DNA of 64,000 bases from Lama glama (lineage: Eukaryota), in NCBI GenBank assembly GCA_028534125.1, contig CM052816.1, forward strand, positions 45,014,001 through 45,078,000, read 5' to 3'. Each line of letters begins with the position of its first letter. The stretch's first letter is position 1. Shown here piece after piece: positions 1 to 13,544 of this stretch. Below the pieces are notes generated by a model. It was not told the DNA's origin and did not search any database. It worked only from the letters and a program-made list of their open reading frames with translations. The position numbers and the translations under genes are program-made.

Positions 1-584
1 TGATAAGGCAATTTGACACATACTTTAATACTAAACATCCTGCAATCAGCTTCACAAGAGAAGAGAAAACTGCACTATGAGTTTGAAGAGAGAAATCAAT
101 TCTACTTGACCAACAACACAAAGCATTAGGGAATACGGGCATTTGAGCTGACTTTTTCAGGATGAGTAGATTTTAACAGTGGGACATAATAGGGTGGTTA
201 TTACAATGAAAGGAGAGCAAAATCAAAATGTAAATACAAGGAAATCATGACATTACCAATATACATTAAGCCCTTCCCAAAGTAGGCACATCCTCCCATC
301 ACCTCCATATTTCAAGGTGGGAGGACAGGGAGATTCTGCTCCTCAGATGATCACGAGCCCTTCCTCTTCCATCCTCCATCCAGGGCAACCTTGTCATTAC
401 TTGTTACAGGCTTTTCGGTACGAATTTTCTGAGACTGGTTTTCCATGCCATTCCTTAAGTACTATAATTTACACCATAAACTTTCAATAAGTTCTTTTCT
501 GATTTCTTTCCTGCTGTAATTAGTCAGTGAGGGTTTCTGTATAGGATTTAAATTTTAAACTATTCCAACATAGCTACTACATCA

Positions 585-2684
585 GGTTGCATTTTTCAAC
601 ATGGCCACAAAAATGAAGTCCCAGCCCTAGCCACCCTCTGACGGTCACGACTAGATGAGAAATGCCTAACTAGGCCCAGTCCACCCTAGAACCACAGGAG
701 GTGAGAATAAACAGACTGTGGTTGTTTTAAGACATTATGCCTTGGAGTGGTATGTTTCATAACAGTAGATAATTAAGAAGGATTCTGGCTCCAGGAACTG
801 GGATGTTGTTGTCACAACAAAATCCTAGGATATATAGCATTGTCTGTGAGACCAGGTTGTGAGCAGAAAGTGGCAGAACACTGAGGGGACTGTTAGTGGA
901 AAAGTAAAGAACCTCCAGGAAAGCATTAGTGGAACCTGAGGGCTCAAGCAAAGTAAGCAAATGTCACCAGAAGCAGAAGGAAAGGGTGCGCTTGTCACGA
1001 AGAGGCACAAAGCTGGGCAACGCTGTTGCCTGGGGTAAGGGGAAAAACGCGAAGTGTACCTAGTGAACTTGAAGATCTAGCTAAGGAGCTTTTCAGGCAG
1101 AATATTGAAGTCACCACCTGGCTTCTTCTCACTGCCAATGATAAAATGAAAAAGGAAAGAGATAAGCTAAAGAATTAACTGTTAAGATAGAGGCGCCAAG
1201 ACTTGCTGGGTTTGAAAATAAAACTAATTCTTATTCCCAGCCTCTCTAGATGGCAAATGATTCTAAAATTAAAAGTTGCTTCTGAGCAGAGATGAAATCC
1301 AGTGCACTATCAGGAAATCATGGTCTAAAAATGAAACTGAGGGCATGACTAAAATTCTTTGATAAGATTTTAGAAAGATCTAAAATGGTACCTCATAGCC
1401 CTTCTCAATCAGACAAAAGCTTTTTAAGGATCTTGAGAGCATGCTTTGCAGATCCTCTCAGTTAAATAATTGGGCCTTTAAAAATCTTAAGGATGTCATC
1501 CCACACTCACGTCACATAAACCCAAGGTATAGAAGGGCTTATCTTGAAGAAATAGAATGATAAAGTGATACATTTACACATACACAAACACAATGTTTTT
1601 AATAGAATTATTCTGGTGGAACCACTGCTGTCTTAGACAGACAAATACTAAATAAAAAGGACTTTTGAACTCCTACTATTTTACAGGCAGGAAGCAGACT
1701 AAGAAGGCTATTCATTTGCAAACTCAGGTTTTCTCACTGGGGGAAAAAAAAAGGATGACTCAGGGCAGAACCAAGAGCCCAGAAGGTGGAGAAAAGAGCC
1801 CAATAGGTGAACTGAGCCCTCATGTAGACTCCAGAAACAAGCTGTAAATCAGTGACTGTCCCTCTTGTTTTACCCTCAGGGCACTATCCCACAGTTGTAC
1901 ATTGGGATGTGGGTGAGAGAGACTCTGTCTCTTTAGTTCACGGGTCTTCAAACTGAAAGGAAGGGGACTCAAGGAGATGTACCCAAGGATACACATTCAA
2001 GAAGCCCCACCTGTACCTGGACCTGACTTCCATGACATGATCCTGGACTTTGAGCAAATGCCTAATAGAATGAGACTCAGGGGAAGGGGACAGAATAAGT
2101 GTATTTTGCACAAGGGAGGGACTGAAATTGTTACAGTCCTAGGGTAGACTGTGACAGGTAGTACTCTCCAACATGACCACAACAAGATGTCCCATTACAG
2201 ATGCTCTTCTTACAATGTGACCTTGAGAGCTAATTCCTCTCACAGAGAGGGTACATATCCCCTCCTCCTTGAATCTGTCCAGGTCTGTGAGTATGGCAGA
2301 AGTGATCTGATTTCAGAGCATAGCCTATAAAAGGTGATACAGTTTCTACCTGGGCCCCTTGGGACACTCCCTCTTGGAATCAGTCACCACATCAGGAGGA
2401 AGAAGAAAGACCTCACTGACAACAATATGAAGGTTTTCTGGTCAACAGCCCCAGCTGAGGTCACAGCCAAGAGCCAGCATGTACCTCTAGACACATGAGG
2501 AAGTGAGCTTGGAGATGATCAAGCCCCAGCCACTATCTGACCACTACTGAATCCCAAGTAGGAACCACTTACATGAGCCCAATTAACCCCAGAATCATAA
2601 GAATAAAAAATTAAATTATTCTTGTTGTTTTAAGCCACTAAAATTTTGGAACAATTTATTACATAGCAATAGATAACTAAAACA
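585..2684 (+). mobile_element. MaLR (MLT1G/H-like) provirus: 5' LTR remnant, internal region, 3' LTR
   Basis: The LTR 3' end motif gttgttttaag...atagataact occurs twice (~720-779 and ~2620-2684). Typical MLT1-int start and end; 3' LTR TG...CA at 2150-2684. Confidence 0.75.
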
Positions 2685-2763
2685 GTTACCTAGAAAAACC
2701 TTTTTCTAATGCCAGGAAAATGAAGTTAATATTAGAGACTAGTTTTTTCCCCTATAAGCATTT

Positions 2764-2827
2764 TTAAGGTGATATCTTTCTTTTACATAAAAGTTTGCTC
2801 TTAAGGTGATGTCTTTCTCACATAAAA
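2764..2827. repeat. Imperfect ~37-bp tandem duplication
   Basis: ttaaggtgatatctttcttttacataaaa / ttaaggtgatgtctttctcacataaaa. Confidence 0.8.
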
Positions 2828-2989
2828 TAAATGTTTTTGATGTCTGTTGTAGTGAATATGTGTTGCTCTTTGTCTGGCACCCTATCCTCCAGTTCAGGTT
2901 GGTCTGTGAGAGGTTCCCATGATTCAGGGAGTGCCAAGTGGCTGACTTATGATGTTGGGGTAGTCTATCTATAGAATGAACTGCTATGA

Positions 2990-3385
2990 GTTAGATATAA
3001 GTGAAGTTACTGTAACAAAGAAACACCGAAATATAGTTAGAGAAACAAAGAAAATTATTTTGCTCTCATGCAACAGTCCAGAAATGAACATTACAGGGCT
3101 GACAAAGTGGCTCTGCTCTACAAGGTCATCCAGGAATGCCACTGTTTCATGGTCTTCTAGTGTCACCTCCTAGGCTTTGTCTTCATCTGCAGGGTCAACA
3201 CCACCCACCAACAGCATATTCATAGTCACTTGTGGGAAGGGGGAAAGAGCAGAGTAGCTGGCAAGAAACTTCCTTATTAAAATAGATTCCAAAACTTCCA
3301 CCCATTACTTCTTCCATCTTCCCATTGATCAAAACACTGAGCCACCCCTAACTACAAGGAAGGCGAGGAAACCTAGACTCTAGCA
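2990..3385 (-). mobile_element. MaLR LTR (MLT1J/K/L-like)
   Basis: ctgtaacaaa...ctctcatgcaacagtcca...ccattgatcaaaac...cctaactacaaggaaggc pattern. Confidence 0.6.
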
Positions 3386-3399
3386 GATATATATTCACT

Positions 3400-3740
3400 T
3401 TCAGCACACAGACTCTGAGATGGCCCTATGATCCCTTTTTCCTCATTATTCACACCCTTGTTTAATCCCCTCTGCCTGAGGGTGGGCAGGACCTGTGACT
3501 TGCTTCTAACCAATAGAATATGGTAATGGGATGCACATGATTACATGTATGTGATTACATTACTTAAGATGGTAATGAAAATCATGCTAGGAGATTCTCC
3601 CTTGCTGGCTTCAAAGAAGCAAGCTTCTATGTTGTGACCTGCTGTACAGAGAGGGCCACACATCAGGGAGGTGAGGGCAGTCTCTGTCCAACAGCCAGCA
3701 AGGAAATGAATGATGCCAACAACCACAAAATCTGGTATGT
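3400..3740 (+). mobile_element. MaLR LTR fragment (MLT1E/F-like)
   Basis: gggcaggacctgtgacttgcttctaaccaatagaatatgg motif. Confidence 0.7.
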
Positions 3741-4183
3741 TAAAACACAGAGAGTGGTCCCATCCTTCAGCAAGAGAACAACAACAATACTGACACCGGA
3801 AGGCAAACTTCAGGCATTTAGTGAGAGAACAGTCACAGGAAAGCAGCCACTCATCATGCCTGCTCAGCTCAAGTTGTGGAGGTCAAATTACAATTGGCAC
3901 CCAAGCATACAATCAATACAAAGGAGTGATAATATGATTCAGAAGCTGAACAACACCAGAGTAACTCTGTGAGCACTACCATTGCACAGTAGGAACACAC
4001 TTGCAAATCCAACTCCCCAGAACAATGACTGGATGAGCAATGTTAATGATCCCCCAGTGACTCTCTTCTGTTTCCTGGGTAAGTGGACCAACCATTCTGA
4101 CTGACACATCCTTTTCTAAATATTCTTGCAGTCCAAATTTTCCAGGCAAGTCAACCATGGACAGTTACATGGATTGTATGAGG

Positions 4184-4186
<3 letters not shown>

Positions 4187-4260
<74 letters not shown>
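4187..4260. repeat. Compound microsatellite (AC)n(AT)n
   Basis: Seen directly. Confidence 0.99.
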
Positions 4261-4262
<2 letters not shown>

Positions 4263-4399
4263 TGCACAACAAACATATGTAACCAGATATCATCAACATT
4301 CATGTGGATTTCATATATTTGTATATTTGACATTTATCCAACCAAACGGAAGTCATATGCTTTGAGGAAGGGGTACCTTTTGTAGTAAATTACATAAAA

Positions 4400-4689
4400 T
4401 TCGGTGTGGACTACTGGCATTCTGGCATTCCTTGGTTTGTGGATGAATCATCCCAAGTTCCACTTCCATAGTCACATGACATTCTCCTGTGTCTGTGTCT
4501 GTGTCTGTGTCCTACTTTCTCTTTCTTGTAAGCACACCAGTCATTTGATCAGGGCCCAAATCTAAATCAGTATGACCTCATCTTAACTTGATTACATGTG
4601 CAAAGACTACTTCCAAACAGGGTCACATTCACAGACACCAAGGGTAAGGATTTGAAAATCTTTGTACAGACATAATCCAACCCACAACA
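4400..4689 (-). mobile_element. MaLR LTR (MLT1C-like)
   Basis: tatgacctcatcttaacttgattacatgtgcaaagac...ggtcacattcacag. Confidence 0.75.
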
Positions 4690-5489
4690 ATATCAAGAAT
4701 TAATTTTCCTCCATGGATAATATAATCTAGTACACCTGAGGAAAGTACATTCCTGCCATCAATATGACTTGCACCCAACACTCAGCAAAATAATATCCCT
4801 GATTGATGATGCTAAAAAATGTATCCATTTCATAGGCCTTGAACTATTTTTTGTTTGTTTTTAACTGTTAGGTTCTCTAGAGTTTCTGAGTTTGCAATCC
4901 CTTAGATAGAGTCTACTTTTGCTGGCCTAGAACCACTCATATTTTTAAGGTTATGTATGTATGTATCAATGTATGTATCAATATGTCCTCTTTGTACTTT
5001 TCTTTAAATTTAACACTCAAAAAATAAATTTTACTTCAAAATTTTTAAAGAAAGTTCCTGCATAATAACTGCCACATACTGACAGCATGAGCTTTGTGTT
5101 ACTTTTAGACTAATATATAATGGTTCAGTGGGTCAACGTTTATAGAGATACAGATTTTACTAAATTATGGAACAAATTTCTAACCATTAGTCTGAAAATG
5201 GAAGGGAGACTAGTCTAACATAGCAAGTAGTCTGCCCCATAGGTATTTATTCAAAGGATCAATAGTGCTATATTAAAGACTAAAATTAGAGAGGCCACAG
5301 TAGCCAGCACATAGTAAATGCTCAATAAATTATAGGTGAAGCAATGATAGAAAGAAGGATCCTCTGAGGTCTCAATCAAATCTCAGATTCTGTCATTTCA
5401 CCAAGGGTCCATTCAGAAGAAAGTCATTTAGTGTCCCTAACATTTTGGGCACTTTGTATTTTTGTTAATATTACTACTACTGAATATAA

Positions 5490-5710
5490 TAGCTGCCAAA
5501 CATCAAAAACTCGTATTTCTAAGGTATTATGCTAAGAGTTCTACGTTGTCTCATGTAAATACTTAACATGAGGTAAGTATTATCACTCCCACTTTACACT
5601 TCACCCTGTTTACATGAAATATGCAACACTGCACAGCTAATAGGATACAAAATCAAGATTCACTGGGAATCTTCCTGGCTCTAAAGCCATACCAGCCATT
5701 ATACCATTTC
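5490..5710 (-). mobile_element. MIR SINE
   Basis: gaggtaagtattatcactcccactttaca...cacagctaat MIR core. Confidence 0.55.
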
Positions 5711-6390
5711 AAAGAACAACATGGCTGATTATCTTTCAGTGAGAAAATGTCAAATGGATAGTAATTTTCAAGTAAGGCAGAGACACAGATGGTGTCTCAA
5801 ATACACATACTTTTGACTTCAATCAAGGAGGTACCATTGCTCTTCCTTGATAAGGTCCCAGGAAGGAAGGAGACCGCACGGCTAGATCAGAGGGAATTTG
5901 GCCTTTATTGAGCTCCATCCTTGGGGACAAAAGCCCAGAGCAAACCCCACGGAGGCTTCCAGCAACTGTTTTAAAGCGAAATGGGGGGCTATGAACCAGA
6001 ATCACTGCTAGGAGAATTTTCACAATTTGGAAATTTCTTAAGTGTATTTGTCTTGTTAAGTTCTTTTTCCCAAAATGATTTGTTAAAAACCCATAAAAAG
6101 AAGACAACCTGAGTGCTTGTCTTCATGCACAGTAAAGAAAAAAGGAGTTCCTTTTTTTAACAAGCAGGCTGAGTGGGGAGAATGAAGACCTTTAGTGACA
6201 GAGTTTGTAGCGCAAGTGTCTACGAGTGAAAAACCTAAGTGAAGTGGCCAAGCTCTGTAGCAAAAAAAGAAAGGAGAACTGGAGTGCCTGGGAGGTAGTT
6301 GGGGACCATCTCCATAAGCTGTAGGACATTTCACCTTCTCCCCTGAGACACAGAGATGACTGACCAGAGGACAGGCACTCGGAGCTGCAC

Positions 6391-6588
6391 TATAGGAGTG
6401 GTGGTCAAAATGTGGCTTCCAGGATAGTGTATCATCTTCATCTGGGAACTCATTTGATAGACAAATGCTGCAGCCCCACTGCTGACCTACTGGACCAAAA
6501 ACTCTGGGTATGAGGCCCAGCAATTTGTATTTTAACAAGCCTCCAGGTGAGACTGATACATGCACAAGTTTGCAAACCACCATGCTAG
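6391..6588. mobile_element. MER5A hAT-Charlie MITE
   Basis: gtggtcaaaatgtgg...gaggcccagcaatttgtattttaacaagcctccaggtga...aaaccac. Confidence 0.8.
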
Positions 6589-7135
6589 GGAATAGGATTT
6601 GGCTCATGGTAGCATTTACCTCAGGAAGTAACTGGTTCCCTGATACAAGGTGAACACAAAAACAAGTTGGTTAGAAAGTAACTGTGCTGGGAAAGCTAGA
6701 GAAAATGATTCATTTCTTCAAGATCCATCAACAGAAAATGTCACCAAAGCAGCAAGGCAAATAATCCATCAAGTGATCATAATTCACCACTCTTGGTAGC
6801 ATCTATCTTCTATGTATATTGCTGTACAATCCACAGTTGTTTGCTAACAGTTTCACTTGTTAACCAAAACCAAAAATACACACTATAAATAATATAAAAA
6901 TGGGACTTAAAATTAGTGAAACTTACCGTATTAGTTAGTAATGAATTTGGCTGAAAACAACATATGTCTAAGATAAACACATATTATTCATTCCAGTCAG
7001 ACCCTTTAAAGAGAAAATTTAAATTAAAAATAATAATAATAATCCAGACTGGTTATCAGTAGAATATCAGGCACTGATGTTCTAAAAGGAAAGAATCAAA
7101 TATACTGAAGAACCTGTTTAAAATGTGACAAATCC

Positions 7136-7195
7136 TGGGGGGAGGGTATACAAACCTAACTACTTCCCCCACCAAAAAATAAAAATTTTTAAAAT
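7136..7195 (+). mobile_element. Internally deleted camelid tRNA-derived SINE (Vic-1-like) with 13-bp TSD
   Basis: GGGGAGGGTATA 5' end joined to aaacctaactacttccccc plus an A-rich tail; flanked by ATGTGACAAATCC at 7123-7135 and 7196-7208. Confidence 0.75.
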
Positions 7196-9169
7196 ATGTG
7201 ACAAATCCAACCACCCATCATCAGGCACTGGTAAATGTAGTATATTCTAGTGAGTTGGAAAAATTAAGAAAAAACAGTATACAAGATTATGCTCAAATTC
7301 ATCTAAAACCATGATGTTTTGTTTCCCAGATTTCAAAACATGAATCTTTAAATTCGTATTTCTCCTAACAAATAACTAATGTCCTTGTCATTAAATCATA
7401 TAGAACCTATTTTCAAACTTTTCCTTTTCTTCCGAGATTGAATACAGCAGAACAAGAAGAAATATTTTATGGCAAATCTTTTATTAAAAAAAAAATGAAT
7501 TGCAAGGCCTCTCACCATGAAGGGGATAAAGAAAGGTAGCTTAAGCCAGAACTAAAAGCAGGCTCCCAGCTGCAGAACTTTACACCAATGTCAGTGATGC
7601 TGAAGTGATGCCAGAACTTCTCAGAGCAAAAGCCTGGGGACTTGAGTCACACAAGCTGACACAGGGAAAGGTCAGGGGAGCAGCCTGGAATTTTATTCGC
7701 CAGAGCTATGGCAGGCAAGAGCAGACGTTTCTCACCTTCAAGTGCTTAAGATAGTATTTCTTTAATGAAACAATGATAACCCAGAGAAGATATTGTAGTG
7801 TTGGAGGTAGGGGTGAGGGGAATACCACAGCAGCAAATTATTTCCATTTAATTCATACAGTTCTCTTTCCAACCTTGCTGTATTCAGAGGCACCTAATTA
7901 TATCACCATATGCTTTGAAAAGAACATTTTTTCACTGCATCTAAAACAAGCATATGGTGAAGTATTTTTTTTTCAGGGTTATCTTTTACATGAAGTGAAG
8001 AATAATTGATGTAGTATATAATACTTCTAACGTATAAGGGGCTTGAAGACCTTGGAGATATAACATCTGAATAGATGGATTAATAGTTTTCTTGACATAT
8101 TTTTGCATGTTTGATTAATTAATTGGTGTCTTGAGACTCTGTCATTTTATTTCAAGATTTGAATGTACATGGGTTAATTTGGTAATGGATATCATTTTAA
8201 TTGGATTCAAAATTGGGATGTATGTCTCTGAGGATCTTAACTGGTCAGGGTAGTGAAAAGTATTAATTAATGCACTTCAGAATATTAACTTATTTTCTAA
8301 ATGCTTTATGGTCCTCCTCAGTTCATAGATTTGTGAAAGTTTTCCTCTCAGCACGAACCCATGCTCATCCATTTGGGTGTTATAAAAGATTAGTCAAATG
8401 TAAAATTATGAAAAAAAGTTTTAAAAAATTTATCATAGGCCTTCTGTTACTGATTTTTAAATTAGTTTACTGAAAATTCACTTGTAGTATCTAGGAAAAA
8501 TTCAGCTGTGTGTTTCTTGAATGCCTAGATCTATTTTCTATCAAATATAAATGATCAGCCATTGTTATCAGATTAAGCCATTTAAATAATGATTGCGGTT
8601 GATCTGTTCGGAAATACATGTGTCCAAATACATGTCAAGTAGGTTGGAGTTCAAAACACATGAGAATTAGTCGTGGTTCTTTTGTTCACGATTTTTGCAA
8701 CTCTGGCCAACTTGTCTTTCTGTGTTGGGTTAACCCGTTCTAACAAGGCCATGGTTCACAGAGGTCTGGGTCTATGAAGCCTGCAGAGTGAAGACACTGT
8801 GTCCGTTGGCTGATTTTGTTGTGCATTTTGAGAGACCTACCAGTCCCTCAAGGACATCAAATACAACTCTGCAGTTTAAGGAGGTGAGGTTTGGAGAAAT
8901 TCTGTAACAATTTCAGGCCTCACAATGAGCAGAAGTCAGCCTCATTGTGTTCCTGTGCACATCAGTGGATCCCAGTATACTTCCAGAAACTTCCTGTGGT
9001 GAGGCAAGTGGTCTAGGAATACCTTCCAGGCAACATGCAAGAGACCCTGGGCCCATCACCTTCCCACTGCAAGAGTCTTGCTCCATGAGAAAACAGGCTT
9101 TGATGTACACTGCCCTCGGTTTTCCTTTCTTGCTTTGTGTGAGTTATTAAAGAATCTCCAGTGTTATCT

Positions 9170-9660
9170 AGAACCAGAGGGAAGCAAAGCCTCACAGGTA
9201 TTTGATGTGATCTACAAGGCCCTGTACGATCTGGCCACCTGCCTACATCTAACTTCCCCTACCTCGGCTAGCAGTGGGGCTCCCCACTCCCCTCATACTC
9301 CAGATATAGCAGCCACCTTGCCTCCTGCCTCAGGGCCCTGGCAGCTGCAGCTTCCTCTGGAAAGCTCCATGCACAGTCTTGATCTAGTCAGTCACTCCAA
9401 TCTTTCTTAAAGTATCACTTTCTCAGGGAAACCTTCCATAACTACCAGTCTAGATCAGGTTTGTTGATGATGAACTCTAAAGGATTATGATCCTTTCCTT
9501 CACTTACCTACACTTGCAATTACGCATACATGATGAGATTATTTCAATAATGTTTGGGTCCCCAACTCAGTGGTAACATCCATGAGAGTGTGTACTTTAA
9601 GCCTTTTGCTCACCAGTTCTATCATTCAAGTTCATGGTAGCAAGCAGTGGACACCAATTA
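9170..9660 (+). mobile_element. L2 LINE 3' fragment
   Basis: ctacaaggccctgtacgatctggcc...cctgcctcagggcc...atcactttctcagggaaaccttcc. Confidence 0.7.
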
Positions 9661-9689
9661 TGACAGATTTCCAACATAGGAGACATTAG

Positions 9690-9940
9690 GGTAAAAACCT
9701 ATGTCAGGCACCAAGTTGCCTGGGTTTGAATACTGACTCTGCCATTTATTACCTCTGAGGACCTGGGTAGGTTCCTTATTCTCTGTGTGCCTCAGCTTTC
9801 TCATATGTAAAATGGGGGTATAAGGGGATCTACCTATTAGAACTGTAGTGAGGATTAAATGAGTTTATTCATGTAAAGTACTTAGTAAGAACAGAACAAA
9901 GCAAATGTTAAGCATTCCATAAATTTTGGTTATTATTATT
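9690..9940 (+). mobile_element. MIR SINE
   Basis: cctgggtttgaatactgactctgccatttat...gtgcctcagctttctcatatgtaaaatggg...gtgaggattaaatgag. Confidence 0.85.
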
Positions 9941-11689
9941 TAAACAGAAAATACATGTATTAATATTAATTTTAAAGGTTATTAATATAGTGATGAAAAT
10001 TATTACAAGGTTACTGGGTATTATTTGATGACTCTCGAAGAGGGAAAGCTATAGGAACAGAAAATAGATTAAGGTTTGAGGTAGCTAAGGGGTGACTACA
10101 ACTGTCAAAATCCAAAAAACTGTCTACCACAAAGAGGGAATTTATTGTCTCTAAATCTGAAAAAATGAAAGATGACTTGATAGCTCATATATCACCATAC
10201 GTTTGGAGAACTAGGTCTAGACAATGAGCAGAAATTAAAAAGGCCAGTCAATATTGAGAACCGCAGCCTAAATCAGTTCAGTGGGGACAAGGCACCACAA
10301 CTTCTGGGGTCTGGATGCCAGAGACCACACTGCCGCCATCATTTAGGGCATGGAACATGCAGAGTTCCATTGGGGTTCATGCCCTTGCTCTCCCTACAGC
10401 CCCTGGAAACTGGATATTAACACCTCACGGCAATCACCTGCCAGCTGAGAGGATTCTATGTCCTGACTTTTCGGGCCAGTAGCAACTAATTCAAAGTCTA
10501 ATGTGGGTGCAAGATTAGCCAAGCCTGGATCATGAGCACATATCTTAGCTGCAAGGGAGGCTGCATACACAAAGGTCTGTTTCTGCTTTATAATTATAGG
10601 CAACTGCTACCTCCAACAACATTAATCAGGTAGAACATTATCCAGAACATAGTCATGGGTTCAGATGCTGGGCACCAAAAAATAAAAACCAATACAAAAC
10701 AAACATGTCAGTGATAGTTTTCAATAAATACTTGTTGAATCAGATTTATACCAGCTGAAAATAGACCTTTCAGAAAAGGAATTCTTATTAACAAATAACT
10801 TTAATGGCAGCCAATTATTCTTGTTCAATTTCAATAACAATTCTTTAACAAGAAGCAGCATGTTAAAGTGGAAAAGGAACGGAACCAGGTAACCACAGAT
10901 TTTAAATTCACAAATGCCTTGACTTTCTTAAGGCTTTATTTCCATATCTATCAAACAAGCCCTACAAAGAATTTTTGTGAGAGTGAAATTCTAGGAAAAA
11001 TACAAAAGTTTTTAAAACTCTAAAACCCTATATAAATGTAAGTTATGAAATACTATGACCCCTTTAAAATGATTTAAAACCCTGTGCTGAAATGATAAAA
11101 TCTCGAAGACGTGTTAGCTGGAGAAGAAATGTCTGTCCTTCTGCCTCACGTTTCCATGTCCACCCATGGGAGAGGGCATCCTCCCACCCATGCTTCCAGG
11201 CCATCTCTCCACCCACTTCCCAGCTACTCTTCTGCCTCCTATGAGAGGAGGAATTGTTAATGTCACTAGCCTCATTCTTAAATCAAATTTTACTAGTGGC
11301 AGGGCTACTATTCCTTAAAAGCAACTGATTTCCTATGACTTTCAGTTCCTGTGCTGTCGGTTCACAGAGCCAAGCCCCGCCTCAGAGGCAGACCAGCCAT
11401 GCCCAACTACAGGCTGGCTTGGTGACTTGTCTTAGGAAGCAGGGGGCAAGAAGCCCTGCTTAGACTTCTCTCTCTTCCTCATGGAACACCGGCATTTCAC
11501 AGAGAAACTTTCCTTCTAAAGCTATGGGCAGGTGCCCAGCTATTCTATTTCGGACATCATTTTCTATACTGTTCCCCTGGCCTGCTGCCTTTGGGCTGTT
11601 GTTTACTAGGTAAGAGTCCTGGAGAGAAGGTGGGTCAGTGGTAGGATATGGTATTAAAATTCCACCCAAAACAGCAAAAATCCCTTAGT

Positions 11690-11970
11690 AGAAGAAAGAA
11701 AAACCTTAGAACAATATCTATATTATAATTCTGTTTCTGTCAAAGTAAAAATGTTCCCAAATTCTATGTATGCTCTTATATGATTGTGAGAGTAATTTTT
11801 GAGAAGGTCAGAAAGGATGCAAACCATGCCTTCTATTCAAGAGGATAATGGATTTAGAGGGGGGAAACTGTAAAGAGAGATGGTGACTTTTTCCCTCAGT
11901 AGTTCTGCATGTTGTTTGAGTTTTCACAATGAACATATATTCATATATTATGTGTGAGTGTTTCAAAAGA
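11690..11970 (+). mobile_element. Old L1 (L1ME-like) 3' fragment
   Basis: ttctgcatgttgtttgagttttcacaatgaacatatattc terminal pattern. Confidence 0.5.
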
Positions 11971-12664
11971 TAGTTTACCAGTTTAAATACACAGAAAAAT
12001 AACTTGCTAAGTGTCAGAAATCTAAGGGAAAACAAATCTTATATACAAGAGATTTCCTTAAGCAAATGTACAGACTTATCTAAAATAAAATTTCCCCTTC
12101 CCTCAAAAAAATCTGCAAGAACTATAAGAATTTGTGGGGAAAATCACTTTAAAAAAAGATAATAAAATATATAATATAAAATAATTCTTATTGTAAGTTT
12201 TACTCTTAGTTTGCTTGACCTGCTGTCATCTCTGGGCCTTTCTTAGAACTAGACTATTAAACAACAGGGGTTTTGAGGAATGAAAGAAGGATAATGGATT
12301 CTCAGAGAACAGAAGAGAGGATGTAGTTTGCCAAAGCAGGAACTGATGTCTGTCTTCTGAAGTCAGGTGGTATCATTACCAAGTGCTACATTTATACATA
12401 TATACCTAGACATATAGCACACATACATACATATTAATCCTCCAGCTATTAATGCAATTCACACAAAATATATGTTACTGAGCTTCCTAAAAGCAAGGGT
12501 CATAATTTACAGATCACTGTATCAGAGTACCCATTGTGATAACCTGACATCTTATTTCAACACAAATATTCTGAGCTGTGTAGCAATGTTTTAGCTACCA
12601 CTGATTGAAGATCATGATGGCCACTGAAATACACTGTCATTTAACCTACAACTTACTAGGTAGG

Positions 12665-13030
12665 TATTATGGCCTGCATTATGTTCTCCCCAAACTCGTA
12701 TATTGAAGTCCTAACCCCTAGTACTTCAGAATGAGATTCTATTTGGAGATAGGGTCTTTAAAGTGGTAATTAAGATAAAAATGAGGTCGTGGGGGTGGGC
12801 CCTAATCCAACATGACTGGTGTTCTTATAAGAAGAGAACATTAGGGCACAGATATACACAGAAGCAATACCATGTGAAGACACTGGAGGATGACTGCCAT
12901 CTACAAGTCGAAAAGAAGAGGCCTTACTTCGACTTTCTACCTCTGCCTCCAGAACTGTGTGGAAAATTAATTTCTTTTGTTTAAGCCAATCTGTGTTGCT
13001 TTGTTATGAGGCTTTAACAAACTAACACAC
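12665..13030 (+). mobile_element. MaLR LTR (MLT1B-like)
   Basis: tattgaagtcctaacccctagtacttcagaatg...ggagatagggtctttaaag...ggccctaatccaacatgactggtg...aactaacaca. Confidence 0.85.
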
Positions 13031-13104
13031 TGGGTAAATTATTTTACCTTACTACCTGATTTTTTTGAATTTACTCAAGTCTGGGTAATGTGGCCCAATG
13101 GACT

Positions 13105-13544
13105 TGTAATGGATATCTGTTTTGGTAACAGCACTTTGTTCTTTCTAAGGGTTTCTACTCCATGGAGTCCTTATGAGTCTGCCAAACAAAGAGTGAGTAC
13201 ATGATCAAGACTATGACATCCTAAGATTCCTTCCCAATGCAATTGGCCCAGGGGAAACTTCTGGCCCAAGGGTTCAATCAGCCTCTCTCTCTTAGGATCT
13301 GAAACCTGGGTCAAGTCACGTAGGACAGAAGGAATTGGGAGCTGAGGAATTTCAAGTGCAGTGCCCTAAAGAAATTCTCCAAGAGTTTTCACCATATGAG
13401 TCCCTGGAGCCATGCTGGTTGTTGACCTTCTCAAGGCCTTAATTTTCAACTCTTCTGCGTCTGAACCAGTTCATTCCCTTTTTTGGCCTAAGCTCACTAG
13501 AGACAGTCTCTGTTCGTTGAAGCCAAAAACACCTCAGTGATACA
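13105..13544 (+). mobile_element. ERVL LTR (LTR16-like)
   Basis: tgtaatggatatctg...cctaagctcactagagacagtctctgtt...gataca end. Confidence 0.5.
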
